NCBI GenBank assembly: GCA_038064895.1
Contig: JBBTSA010000010.1
Location: 31,725-95,724, forward strand
DNA: 64,000 nt
Source of the DNA: Patescibacteria group bacterium
GTDB taxonomy: Bacteria > Patescibacteriota > Microgenomatia > Daviesbacterales > UBA10151
Reading direction: 5' to 3'
Shown: piece after piece, positions 9,676 through 18,285 of the stretch
Layout: every line of letters starts with the position of its first letter
Position numbering within the stretch: the first letter of the stretch is position 1
Position numbers and translations under genes: made by a program
The notes under the pieces: model-generated
Told to the model about the DNA's origin: nothing
The model's database searches: none
Seen by the model: the letters and a program-made list of their open reading frames with translations, nothing else

Positions 9676-11420
9676 GGGGTAAGGTTAAATAAGCGTGCAA
9701 AATCAGCCCAATCCCAGGAGTTAACTATGTTCCTTTTCTCAACCCATCCTCGTCTGGCAACCGAAACACCAAAGCGCATATTATCCATTTGATCCACTCT
9801 GTGTGCATCCGTATTTATGATAAACTTGACCTCGTAAGCTTTGGCTTGCCTTACTAGGTCGTCACGTAAATCAAGCCTATTAGGGTAGCCGTTGATTTCC
9901 AAAAGCTTTTTCTTTTTGGCTGCAGCCTTAAAAATTTGTTCCCAGTCAGCCTCACTAGACTGCCTTTCATTTAAAAGTCTGTTTGTAGGGTGCGAAATAA
10001 TATCTACATGCGGATTCTCCAAAGCCGCTAAAAGCCTTCTGGTCACTACATCTTTTGTACCTCTATGGCCGGAATGTATGCCTGCAATACAGTAATCCAG
10101 AGTGGCTAGAGCTTCATCAGGCACACTCAATTTTCCGTCTCCAAGTATATCTATTTCGAGTCCATTCAATACTCGAATACTTTTTGTACTCTTTTTGATA
10201 TTTTGAATAACTTTTGTCCTCATTTGAACCCACTTAAGCTTCTCTTCTCTGCTTGTAGTACCAAAACCCGGAGGATGATCCGAAATTCCAATAAACTCAT
10301 AGCCTAACTCTTGTGCCTTCTTTACAATATCTTCAATTGAATTCACTCCTGGAGCATGAGATGGACTATCAATAGGATAATTAGAATGCGTGTGTAAATC
10401 TCCTTTAATATCTTTCAACTGTATTAAATCAGGCAACTTATGCTGCAGGGCAGCCTCGATTTCTCCCCAGTCTTCTCTAATCTCCGGAGGTGGAGTCTGC
10501 ATGCCGAGCAGCTTATAAAACTCCTCTTCTGTTTTAGTTGATACTCGTTTGCCTGCTTTTGTATTTTTAACACCATATTCGGAGAGTGAAAGATGGTCTT
10601 TCTCTGCAAGAGTCCGCAGGTGTATATTATGGCTCTTCGAGCCTGTGAAATGCTGCAGAAGGGCTCCGTATGAATCCGGCTGCCCTACTAAAAGATCAAC
10701 CTGCAATCCGGATTCAAGAACTACCGTAGCTTTGCTCTCACCTTCATCCATAACTCTGGCAATACCGGGCATCTTTGTAAAATGCTTTATTATACTTTTT
10801 GGGCTGGTTGATGAAGCTGAAAAATCCAAATCCCCAACAGTTGCTACCATTCTTCGAAGCGAACCCAGAGGATGGGCATCTATTACATCCGGACATTTTT
10901 TTAAATAAGCCAGGATCTTATCAGCCTGTGCTGCAGCGTATGGCAAAAGCACTCTGCCGGTTCTTTGGCTTACTTCCTGTAAACCAATCAAGATATTCTG
11001 CCCAAGCTTCGCGGAAATTCCTTTTTTTAAAAGTTCTCCTGATTTTAGACCTTTCTTGAGAGCTTCCAGACTCTTTATACCTGATCTTGCTATTTTTTCA
11101 GCGGATTTAGGACCTATTCCCGGTATATCCAGAAGATCAAAAACTATTTGAGGGATACCCTTTTGAACCGATTCAAAATGAGAAACCTTGCCTTTTTTAA
11201 ACAGCTCATCTAAATAACCTTGCAGTGCCTGCCCTACACCCGGAAGATTCCCCAGCTTCCTCTCTTCCCAGAGATCATGAATGCTTGCTGTCGAATGCTC
11301 TATGGCATCAGCCGCATTTTCATAGGCACGGATTTGGAAGATATTGCCAATGCCTTTTATTGTATATGCTGCAGCAACATTCCTTAGGATTTTAGCAATC
11401 TTTGAATTAGATATTTCCAT
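9672..11420 (-). CDS. polX: DNA polymerase X with PHP 3'-5' exonuclease domain
   Basis: HhH motifs, GSLRR, GDLD, HFTGSKSHN, PHP motifs GDLHTHS, SDH, INTDAH; probable start MEISN at 11420. Confidence 0.93.
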   Translation of the reverse strand: MEISNSKIAKILRNVAAAYTIKGIGNIFQIRAYENAADAIEHSTASIHDLWEERKLGNLPGVGQALQGYLDELFKKGKVSHFESVQKGIPQIVFDLLDIPGIGPKSAEKIARSGIKSLEALKKGLKSGELLKKGISAKLGQNILIGLQEVSQRTGRVLLPYAAAQADKILAYLKKCPDVIDAHPLGSLRRMVATVGDLDFSASSTSPKSIIKHFTKMPGIARVMDEGESKATVVLESGLQVDLLVGQPDSYGALLQHFTGSKSHNIHLRTLAEKDHLSLSEYGVKNTKAGKRVSTKTEEEFYKLLGMQTPPPEIREDWGEIEAALQHKLPDLIQLKDIKGDLHTHSNYPIDSPSHAPGVNSIEDIVKKAQELGYEFIGISDHPPGFGTTSREEKLKWVQMRTKVIQNIKKSTKSIRVLNGLEIDILGDGKLSVPDEALATLDYCIAGIHSGHRGTKDVVTRRLLAALENPHVDIISHPTNRLLNERQSSEADWEQIFKAAAKKKKLLEINGYPNRLDLRDDLVRQAKAYEVKFIINTDAHRVDQMDNMRFGVSVARRGWVEKRNIVNSWDWADFARLFNLTP

Positions 11421-11562
11421 ATGCGGGCTCAAAGGTAAAAATCTTGAACACCTAATGCACAGTATAATCTATCAATATAAAACCTTACAACAATTAGGAA
11501 TCAATTCAATCTACTTCAACTGTTTTGAAGTTTTTAAATAAGATTGATATAATACTGCAATT

Positions 11563-12306
11563 ATGGCAAGTAATACACCAGACAGAGTGGAATTAACACA
11601 AATATCAGACTTTGATTTAAGTAATACACAGAGGAAAACTTTACATAGAACTGTTGTGTGGACAAAAAGATATTTTGACAGTATTCCTGAAGGCACACAT
11701 ATAGGAGGCCATGGTTTTGATAAAACAATGAGGCAAGCAGGAATGGCAGCTGTAATTGCATATAAAGAAGGTCACCCTCTTTTCTTACCTGTCTTAACAG
11801 CTATAGTAATGGATATAGGTAGAGCTACTTTAGATCCTAGATCTAGAACCTTTCAACATGGGCAACTATCAAGAGAGATCATAGAAGCTGAACTATTAGG
11901 ATCGCTAGATATTTTAAGCCCAGAAGACAGAGAACTTATTGGAAATGCAGCAGAGGATCATTCCAAGCTAAATGAGAATGTTAGGAGAAGTTATCTTGTT
12001 GAAGTAGTTATGGATGCTGACAGACTAGATTGTTTGGGAGCTTTGGGACCCTTGAGGTCTGCCAGTTGGAATCACAACCTGCCCCTCATTCTGCCCGAGG
12101 AAACTGAAACAAGTTCGGTTGAGACAAATCTTAAGACTTTATGGCAGGATATGGCTTACAGGCATATGGAGTGGATGGATATGCTATGGACTAATACTGC
12201 TAGAGAAATAGCTGGACCAAGAGTTCAAGCATATAGAGAGTATTTAAAGCGCCTTCAGGATGAGGCCTCATTTTCATACCAAGCATATCAGAAATTGGGA
12301 ATTTAG
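11563..12306 (+). CDS. HD-superfamily-like protein with an altered HD motif
   Basis: GHGFD, (V)MDIG in place of HDIG, EDHS, VMDADRLDCLGALG. Confidence 0.7.
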   Translation: MASNTPDRVELTQISDFDLSNTQRKTLHRTVVWTKRYFDSIPEGTHIGGHGFDKTMRQAGMAAVIAYKEGHPLFLPVLTAIVMDIGRATLDPRSRTFQHGQLSREIIEAELLGSLDILSPEDRELIGNAAEDHSKLNENVRRSYLVEVVMDADRLDCLGALGPLRSASWNHNLPLILPEETETSSVETNLKTLWQDMAYRHMEWMDMLWTNTAREIAGPRVQAYREYLKRLQDEASFSYQAYQKLGI

Positions 12307-12510
12307 GTAACTTGATTTGAACACTCTTAGCTTCAGAATTAAAAGATTTCAGAAGGATATTAAAATTTCGTGCCTATGCGGGCTTGAGATTAAAAATCTG
12401 GAAGCATTATATCAGAGTTTGGTATACCAATATAAGCAGAGTTTGCAAACTTCGTTTGTAAAACTTTGCAACAGCTAGGAATCCAAATCCCCTCCTGATA
12501 TACTTCAAAC

Positions 12511-13341
12511 ATGAATTTAGTGGAAAATTACAATCAACTCAAACAAGAGGCGTATACAGGTTTACAAAAGCGAGCAAGTTCAAAGCAATGGATTCGAATG
12601 CTTGAAGCAGCACCCATTTTCCTTGGTAGTATGACTAGGGGTAGATTATTATTAGCAGTGAATGCAGGAATGAGAATATTAGATGATATTGCAGATGGAG
12701 ATCGTTTACCTCCTCAAGGTATTTCCCCAGTCGCTTACCTTACAGAAAAACGGGCTTTTGTTCGCAACCTAAATCATCCTCAAGATAATTTAGATTATCT
12801 TTTTCTCTATTGCTATCAACTAGCGGATAAAGCAGGACTACAAATACACAGAGAACTCGATGCTTTTTTTGAATACTTTCTCTTTGATACAAAAAGGCGT
12901 GGAACTGGACATATATTTACACAGTTGGAACTTGATCAAGCCTATGATGCCTGTGATATTACAGGTACTATCCGAGGAGGACTTATGGTATTTGGAGACG
13001 ATCCTAAAAAAGCAGAGCTGCTTATGCCTCTAGGTAAAGCAGTAAGAAAATATTACACACTCCGAGATTATGAAGCAGATATTAGTGCAGGATTTGTTAA
13101 TATCCCAAGAGAATCAGTAAAGGCACATGACATAACAAAGGATGATTTTCCCAATAGATTTAGTCCTTCTGTCAGAGCATGGTTTTATGAGGAGGCATTA
13201 TCTGGACTACATCTTTTAGAAGAACATAACAGGATTATGCAGAGAGAAAGATTTGCCTGGAGAGGTAGACTTGCATTACCTATAGCATATACCAGACCAA
13301 CAAGAGCATACTTTGAGGCTATTTTAAGAGATCAAAACTAA
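12511..13341 (+). CDS. Squalene/phytoene synthase-like (class I isoprenoid synthase fold) protein
   Basis: LDDIAD (DDxxD) and LRDYEADISAGFVNIPRE (second Asp-rich motif, cf. RDxxEDxxxGRxYLP). Confidence 0.75.
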   Translation: MNLVENYNQLKQEAYTGLQKRASSKQWIRMLEAAPIFLGSMTRGRLLLAVNAGMRILDDIADGDRLPPQGISPVAYLTEKRAFVRNLNHPQDNLDYLFLYCYQLADKAGLQIHRELDAFFEYFLFDTKRRGTGHIFTQLELDQAYDACDITGTIRGGLMVFGDDPKKAELLMPLGKAVRKYYTLRDYEADISAGFVNIPRESVKAHDITKDDFPNRFSPSVRAWFYEEALSGLHLLEEHNRIMQRERFAWRGRLALPIAYTRPTRAYFEAILRDQN

Positions 13342-13409
13342 AATTTAATCTATTCCAAAATGATAAATAAATTTACTCAATAGAAGCTAGATGAATTTGG
13401 GAACAAAAA

Positions 13410-13769
13410 TTACTCTTTGGGATACTTAAATATCTCAATTGAATCTTCCTTAAGAATAGTGAGACTTTTTAGAAGTACGCTCTCAGAATATTTTTCTAAC
13501 ACTTCTTTAAGTTTTAAATAGTGGTGTTCTGCATTCTGCACACTTAACCTTATTACAATCATCCCAACCTGATATTTGGGGAATTTACTCAAGCCCAGGA
13601 AATCTTTGTCATGAGTTAGAATAATCCTATGTTCATCTGAAGCCAATTTAATAATATCCACGTCCGGAATTGTTAGATTCAATTTCTTGATATCAACTAA
13701 GTTGTGCCCAGTCTTACGGAGTAGTTTAATGACTTTTTGGGCGATATTAATATCAGCGACGAATTTCAT
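13410..13769 (-). CDS. DUF5615/PIN-like putative toxin
   Basis: MKFVADINI...DVDII..A...RIILTHDKDF; overlaps the DUF433 gene. Confidence 0.85.
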   Translation of the reverse strand: MKFVADINIAQKVIKLLRKTGHNLVDIKKLNLTIPDVDIIKLASDEHRIILTHDKDFLGLSKFPKYQVGMIVIRLSVQNAEHHYLKLKEVLEKYSESVLLKSLTILKEDSIEIFKYPKE

Positions 13770-14016
13770 GAAGTGCAACTTGAGGCTTTAAATCTTCAGC
13801 TTTGCTATATGCTTTAGCATTCCCCACTTTTTTAGCAGCGAACTGAATAGCTGCCTTAATTTGTTCTTTAGTAAGAAATGGATATTCTCTCAATATTTCT
13901 TTAATTTCCATACCTCCAGCTAAGAATTCCAAAATTACCTCAATAGACATTCTGGTACCGGCAATAATTGGTTTCCCACCTAAAATTTTAGGATCCTGGG
14001 TGATTAATTTCTTCAT
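13753..14016 (-). CDS. DUF433 putative antitoxin
   Basis: ITQDPKILGGKPIIAGTRMSIEVIL...EILREYPFLT.EQI.AAI. Confidence 0.9.
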   Translation of the reverse strand: MKKLITQDPKILGGKPIIAGTRMSIEVILEFLAGGMEIKEILREYPFLTKEQIKAAIQFAAKKVGNAKAYSKAEDLKPQVALHEIRR

Positions 14017-14049
14017 GTAAACTAATTTTACCACATACCAGAAAAATTT

Positions 14050-14124
14050 TGGCGGGACCGACGGGAGTTGAACCCGCTATCTACTCCGTGACAAGGAGTC
14101 GTGATGCCGTTTCACTACGGTCCC
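14050..14124 (-). tRNA. tRNA-Asp(GTC), CCA encoded
   Basis: GGGACCGTAGTGAAACGGCATCACGACTCCTT-GTC-ACGGAGTAGATAGCGGGTTCAACTCCCGTCGGTCCCGCCA folds as a cloverleaf. Confidence 0.93.
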
Positions 14125-14378
14125 AAACTAATGAATCCTTCGTCTATGATTTTCTCAATAATTATTCTACTTTTAAAGTTCTTCAACTTTCTTTCAACTA
14201 TTCTAGCTTCTAGAACTGAACCATATACTTGCTTAAATACTAAGTTATAAGGTCGCGTGAACCGGGTTGATTTAGTCTTCCCATTATTATGCTCAAATAA
14301 TCTTCTCTCTAAATCGTTCGTTGATCCAATGTAATATCTACCATTTACCAAAGATTTAAGTATATATACTATCCCCAT
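14115..14378 (-). CDS. Stand-alone GIY-YIG nuclease
   Basis: MGIVYILKS..NGRYYIGSTNDLERRLFEHN...EAR..E; stop codon lies inside the tRNA-Asp 5' end. Confidence 0.9.
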   Translation of the reverse strand: MGIVYILKSLVNGRYYIGSTNDLERRLFEHNNGKTKSTRFTRPYNLVFKQVYGSVLEARIVERKLKNFKSRIIIEKIIDEGFISLGP

Positions 14379-14385
14379 AAATCCC

Positions 14386-14444
14386 TTGAACCCGCTATCT
14401 GTCCGATGTACATCGGACCGTGATGACCGGTTCACTACGGTCCC
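14386..14444 (-). pseudogene. Degenerate partial copy of tRNA-Asp (5' end to T-loop)
   Basis: GGGACCGTAGTGAACCGGTCATCACG-GTCCGATGTACATCGGAC-AGATAGCGGGTTCAA matches the tRNA except that the anticodon arm is a palindrome; no 3' acceptor strand. Confidence 0.85.
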
Positions 14445-14544
14445 AAACTAATGCATTGTAACAAAAGTTTTACCCCCTTGACAAATTTTTGCGGATAGAC
14501 TAAAAAGGGATTAGTAAAAACTGCTCCATCTGCCTAAAACTAAA

Positions 14545-15243
14545 ATGGCAAGAGGAAGACCGAGTATTAAAGAACAATTCCCAATCAATAATTATTTGGA
14601 GAAAATGTCATATGATGTAAAATCCACCCAATCCAAAGTAAGTATTGTATTGGGAGCTTTGATTATTTTGGTTTTAGGAATTTTGGTTTTTAACTACTTT
14701 AGAGGAGGAAAGGAAACTTTAGGTCCTGCACAACAAACAGAAACAACGGCGGATGATGTTTCTCCTGAAAACTTACCAGGAAAATATACTGTTAAAGAGG
14801 GCGATACATTGTTTTTGATCGCCGAGAAATATTACAAGGATGGATTCAAATATCCGGAAATAGCAAAAGCAAATAATCTTACCAATGTTAATGCAATAGA
14901 GAAAGGTCAGGTACTAGAAATACCCAAATTAACACAAGAAGTTGCAGAAATTCCGTCGGCTCCGTCGCCATCCCTCTCACCTCTACCTTCTCCCTCTCCA
15001 CTATCAAGTGATCCAGTTCAACCTCAAGTCACTAAAGAGCTTGGAAAGGGTGGTGGTGATACAACAATCTGGGGATCAAAGATTGAAGGAGACACATACA
15101 CTGTTGTTGAAGGAGACTGGCTTTCCAAAATTGCAGCCAGAGCATACGGAGATATATTTGCTTACAAAAAACTGGCTGATGCAAATAATATCTCAAATCC
15201 TGACTTAATTTTTCCAGGACAAGTAATAAAAATCCCCAGATAA
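14545..15243 (+). CDS. Membrane-anchored protein with two LysM domains
   Basis: TM helix; YTVKEGDTLFLIA and YTVVEGDWLSKIA...NPDLIFPGQVIKIP. Confidence 0.9.
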   Translation: MARGRPSIKEQFPINNYLEKMSYDVKSTQSKVSIVLGALIILVLGILVFNYFRGGKETLGPAQQTETTADDVSPENLPGKYTVKEGDTLFLIAEKYYKDGFKYPEIAKANNLTNVNAIEKGQVLEIPKLTQEVAEIPSAPSPSLSPLPSPSPLSSDPVQPQVTKELGKGGGDTTIWGSKIEGDTYTVVEGDWLSKIAARAYGDIFAYKKLADANNISNPDLIFPGQVIKIPR

Positions 15244-15294
15244 TTTCCTGAGTTGACAACTATACCCTAAACCCTTTACCCTAAATCCTACCAT

Positions 15295-15933
15295 ATGACT
15301 AGGGAAAAAAAGGTAAAGGAAATTATTAGACGCTTATACAAAGTATATCCTCAGCCAAAAATCGCGCTTCGCTTTCAAAATCCCTACCAACTACTGATCG
15401 CAACAATACTTTCTGCACAAGCCACAGATGTTTCCGTCAATCTCGCTACTCCTGGTCTTTTTACAAAATATCCAAAGCCAGAGGATTTGGCTAAAGCAGA
15501 AGTCTCAACAATCGATCAACTCATAAAAAATATTAATTTCCATCAAAATAAGGCAAAAATGATAAAATCTGCAACTCAAATGTTGGTGGATAAATTCCAA
15601 AGTAAAGTTCCAGATAATATGCAGGATTTAGACTCCCTTCCAGGAGTTGCCAGAAAAACTGCCAATGTAATTTTAGGTTCAGCTTTTGGAAAGGCTGAAG
15701 GAATTGTTGTTGATACTCATGTAATAAGGCTTACAAATAAACTAGGCCTAACAGAAAGTAAAGATCCGGTAAAAATAGAAAAAGATTTAATGGAAATCGT
15801 GCCCAAAAAATACTGGATTGACTTTCCCCTTCTATTGATACTCCACGGCCGTCATTTCTGCACGGCCAGAACTCATTCATGCCTAAATTGCCCTCTGGGA
15901 AATCTCTGCCCTGATTTTAAAAATGACCCATGA
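15295..15933 (+). CDS. nth: Endonuclease III
   Basis: LLIATILSAQATD, LPGVARKTAN, VDTHV, Fe-S motif CxxxxxxCxxCxxxxxC. Confidence 0.95.
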   Translation: MTREKKVKEIIRRLYKVYPQPKIALRFQNPYQLLIATILSAQATDVSVNLATPGLFTKYPKPEDLAKAEVSTIDQLIKNINFHQNKAKMIKSATQMLVDKFQSKVPDNMQDLDSLPGVARKTANVILGSAFGKAEGIVVDTHVIRLTNKLGLTESKDPVKIEKDLMEIVPKKYWIDFPLLLILHGRHFCTARTHSCLNCPLGNLCPDFKNDP

Positions 15934-17549
15934 AAAAATGGTTTAAAGAAAATTTAATTTACTTATTTTTTTTGACCTTCCTGGTCGTAGTTGCTTACGC
16001 TAATTCCTTAAACAATGTTTTTTTATCCGATGATCTTGCAGAAATAGTTCAAAATCCAAATGTAGGAGATTTAGCTCATGGTATTTCCACTTATCCTTTC
16101 GGTTTTATTCGTCCACTTTTATATTGGGTAGCTTATCAATTGGGCGGTTTAAATCCCTCTTTTTTTAGGTTCATAAATATTTTTTTTCATACTGGATCTG
16201 TATTTTTAATTTTTGCCATACTTAATCAGTTACAATCAAAAAAGTCGGCACTTTTTGTTGCTGCTGTCTTTGCTGTTCATCCGGCAATTTCGGAAGCGGT
16301 AGTCTGGATTTCCGGGGGCAGTTATCCTCAATACTCTTTCTTTCTCCTATTATCTTTTCTGTTCTACATTTTATCCTCAAGACGCAAGTTTTTCTATCTT
16401 CTATCCTCAATTTTCTATCTTCTATCTCTAATGTCTCACCCTGTTATGCCTCTTGGTCTTTTTTTAGTATTTCCTGCCTTTGAGCTTACATTTGGAAACT
16501 TAAGGAAAAATTGGTTAAAAGCTATTCCATTTCTTCTAATCAGCATAGTATATGTCTTTATTAACCTTGCCGCCATACCGGAGAGAACTACCACTTTACA
16601 ATCGACTCATTATCAGGAAAAAGGGGTTGACAATTTATTTCTTATAATTCCGATAGCTATTTCCTCTTATTTTGAACTTATCTTTTGGCCAGAGACATTA
16701 ACTCTTTATCATTCCGAACTTAGCTTTGGTCCAATTAACTTTGCAGTTAGATCAATAAGTACTCTTTTATTTTTTGTTGCCATTGCAATAACTTTTGTAA
16801 AAAATAGGAAAATTTGCTTCTGGTTGTCTTTTTCCCTAATTGCACTTTCTCCCACCTTAACTCCTTTTAGATTTAATTGGATTGTTGCTGAAAGATATTT
16901 GTATTTGCCAATTTTGGGGATTTTAACAGCTGTAGCAATTTTGGCAGAAAATTATCTAAAGTTTTTACGCTCCAAACTCCTAATCTATACTTTTTTTATA
17001 CTTATTATTGCGGCTTTATCAATCAGAACTTTTGTGAGAAATATAGATTGGAAAAATGAGGATAATCTTTGGATTGCAACAGGAAAAACTTCACCCTCCA
17101 GTCCAAACACCCATAATAATTTAGGGGATGTCTATGGAAGATGGGGGAATAAACAAAGGGCTTTGCAGGAATTTCAAACTGCCATTGCTTTAAAACCAAA
17201 CTACGGGGACGCTCACCATAACCTGGCAAATACATACAGGGAGTTGGGACAGTTGGATAAAGCACTGGAAAATTATCAAAAAGCAGCTTCTTTTAATCCT
17301 AATCTTTGGCAATCATATCAAAATATTGCTGCCCTATATTTTGAAGCAAAGGAGTATGATAAAGCCCTAGAAAATATTCAAAAAGCCATTCAAATTAATC
17401 CTAAAAATCTAAATCTTTACAATAATTTAGGGATAGTTTATCTATTTTCAGGACAAAAAGATAAAGCAAAAGAGGTATTTAATCTGGTTTTATCTTCCGA
17501 TCCAAAGAATCAATTTGCAAGCCAGGGGCTTTTGGAAGCAAGTAAATAG
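15930..17549 (+). CDS. TMTC-like multi-TM glycosyltransferase with C-terminal TPR repeats
   Basis: N-terminal FLSDD, many TM segments, AERYLYLP, RNIDWKNE..LW, TPR repeats. Confidence 0.8.
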   Translation: MKKWFKENLIYLFFLTFLVVVAYANSLNNVFLSDDLAEIVQNPNVGDLAHGISTYPFGFIRPLLYWVAYQLGGLNPSFFRFINIFFHTGSVFLIFAILNQLQSKKSALFVAAVFAVHPAISEAVVWISGGSYPQYSFFLLLSFLFYILSSRRKFFYLLSSIFYLLSLMSHPVMPLGLFLVFPAFELTFGNLRKNWLKAIPFLLISIVYVFINLAAIPERTTTLQSTHYQEKGVDNLFLIIPIAISSYFELIFWPETLTLYHSELSFGPINFAVRSISTLLFFVAIAITFVKNRKICFWLSFSLIALSPTLTPFRFNWIVAERYLYLPILGILTAVAILAENYLKFLRSKLLIYTFFILIIAALSIRTFVRNIDWKNEDNLWIATGKTSPSSPNTHNNLGDVYGRWGNKQRALQEFQTAIALKPNYGDAHHNLANTYRELGQLDKALENYQKAASFNPNLWQSYQNIAALYFEAKEYDKALENIQKAIQINPKNLNLYNNLGIVYLFSGQKDKAKEVFNLVLSSDPKNQFASQGLLEASK

Positions 17550-17554
17550 TAACT

Positions 17555-17591
17555 TACACACCCCAGGGGTGTGATAGGCTGACACCGTAGG
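17555..17591. repeat. CACACC-family palindromic element, intergenic copy
   Basis: CACACCCCAGGGGTGTG-ATAGGCT-GACACCGTAGG; near-identical copy inside recO. Confidence 0.8.
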
Positions 17592-17599
17592 ATTTGGTG

Positions 17600-17671
17600 A
17601 GCCAACGGTGAGAGTTGAACTCACGACCTTTCCCTTACGAAGGGACTGCTCTACCACTGAGCTACGTTGGC
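17600..17671 (-). tRNA. tRNA-Thr(CGT)
   Basis: GCCAACGTAGCTCAGTGGTAGAGCAGTCCCTT-CGT-AAGGGAAAGGTCGTGAGTTCAACTCTCACCGTTGGCT. Confidence 0.92.
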
Positions 17672-17813
17672 ATTACTTTTCCTGGGTTGCTTTATTTATT
17701 TTGTGGTAATTCTTTAAGGTAAGCAACCCGTTTAAATGTCATTTAGACATTTAAACCCACTAAGCTACACCGGCCCGTACATATTTTCCCATATTTTATG
17801 TTAAAATTCCTAT

Positions 17814-18146
17814 ATGAATTTAACAAAAAAACATTGTGTGCCTTGTGAAGGAGGGATCGATCCCTATACTAAGAGAGAAGCTGAAGAATATTTAAAGGCT
17901 GTAGAGGGATGGTATCTTGTGGATGAACAACCAATGAAACTACAAAGAAAATTTACATTTAAGGATTTCAAAGAAGCTATGGTTTTTGTAAATAAAGTTG
18001 CGGATTTGGCAAATTCGGAAGATCACCATCCAAATATAAATATTCACAGCTACAAAAAAGTTGATATAACTTTATATACTCATGCCATTGAAGGCCTTTC
18101 AGAAAATGACTATATAATAGCAGCTAAAATAAACCAACTAATGTGA
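17814..18146 (+). CDS. phhB: Pterin-4-alpha-carbinolamine dehydratase
   Basis: CVPCEGG, F.FKDF.EAM.FVNKVA..A..EDHHP, THAIEGLSEND...AAKI. Confidence 0.92.
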   Translation: MNLTKKHCVPCEGGIDPYTKREAEEYLKAVEGWYLVDEQPMKLQRKFTFKDFKEAMVFVNKVADLANSEDHHPNINIHSYKKVDITLYTHAIEGLSENDYIIAAKINQLM

Positions 18147-18249
18147 GCAGATATATCATATCGCTCGAACTTATTTTAGCAAAAACTTTTAATCGACGCA
18201 TTTTATTCTCGGCGGGTAGACAATCCCTGAAAACTCTTAACACCCAGAT

Positions 18250-18285
18250 TTGAAACTATAGGACTTTTATGGTAAAATACTAGGT
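18250..18285 (+). promoter_or_regulatory. Sigma70 promoter of the four-gene accessory operon, probably leaderless
   Basis: TTGAAA-17 bp-TAAAAT with extended TG, ending 7 nt before the ATG at 18286; no SD. Confidence 0.65.

Noticed and set aside
14379-14435. N-terminal extension of the GIY-YIG ORF
   Set aside because: It is translated pseudo-tRNA; the domain starts at MGIVYIL (14378).
18147-18250. attL copy of the tRNA-Gly 3' end bounding the island
   Set aside because: No convincing match to GGAGCGGCGGACCGGATTTGAACC was found by eye.
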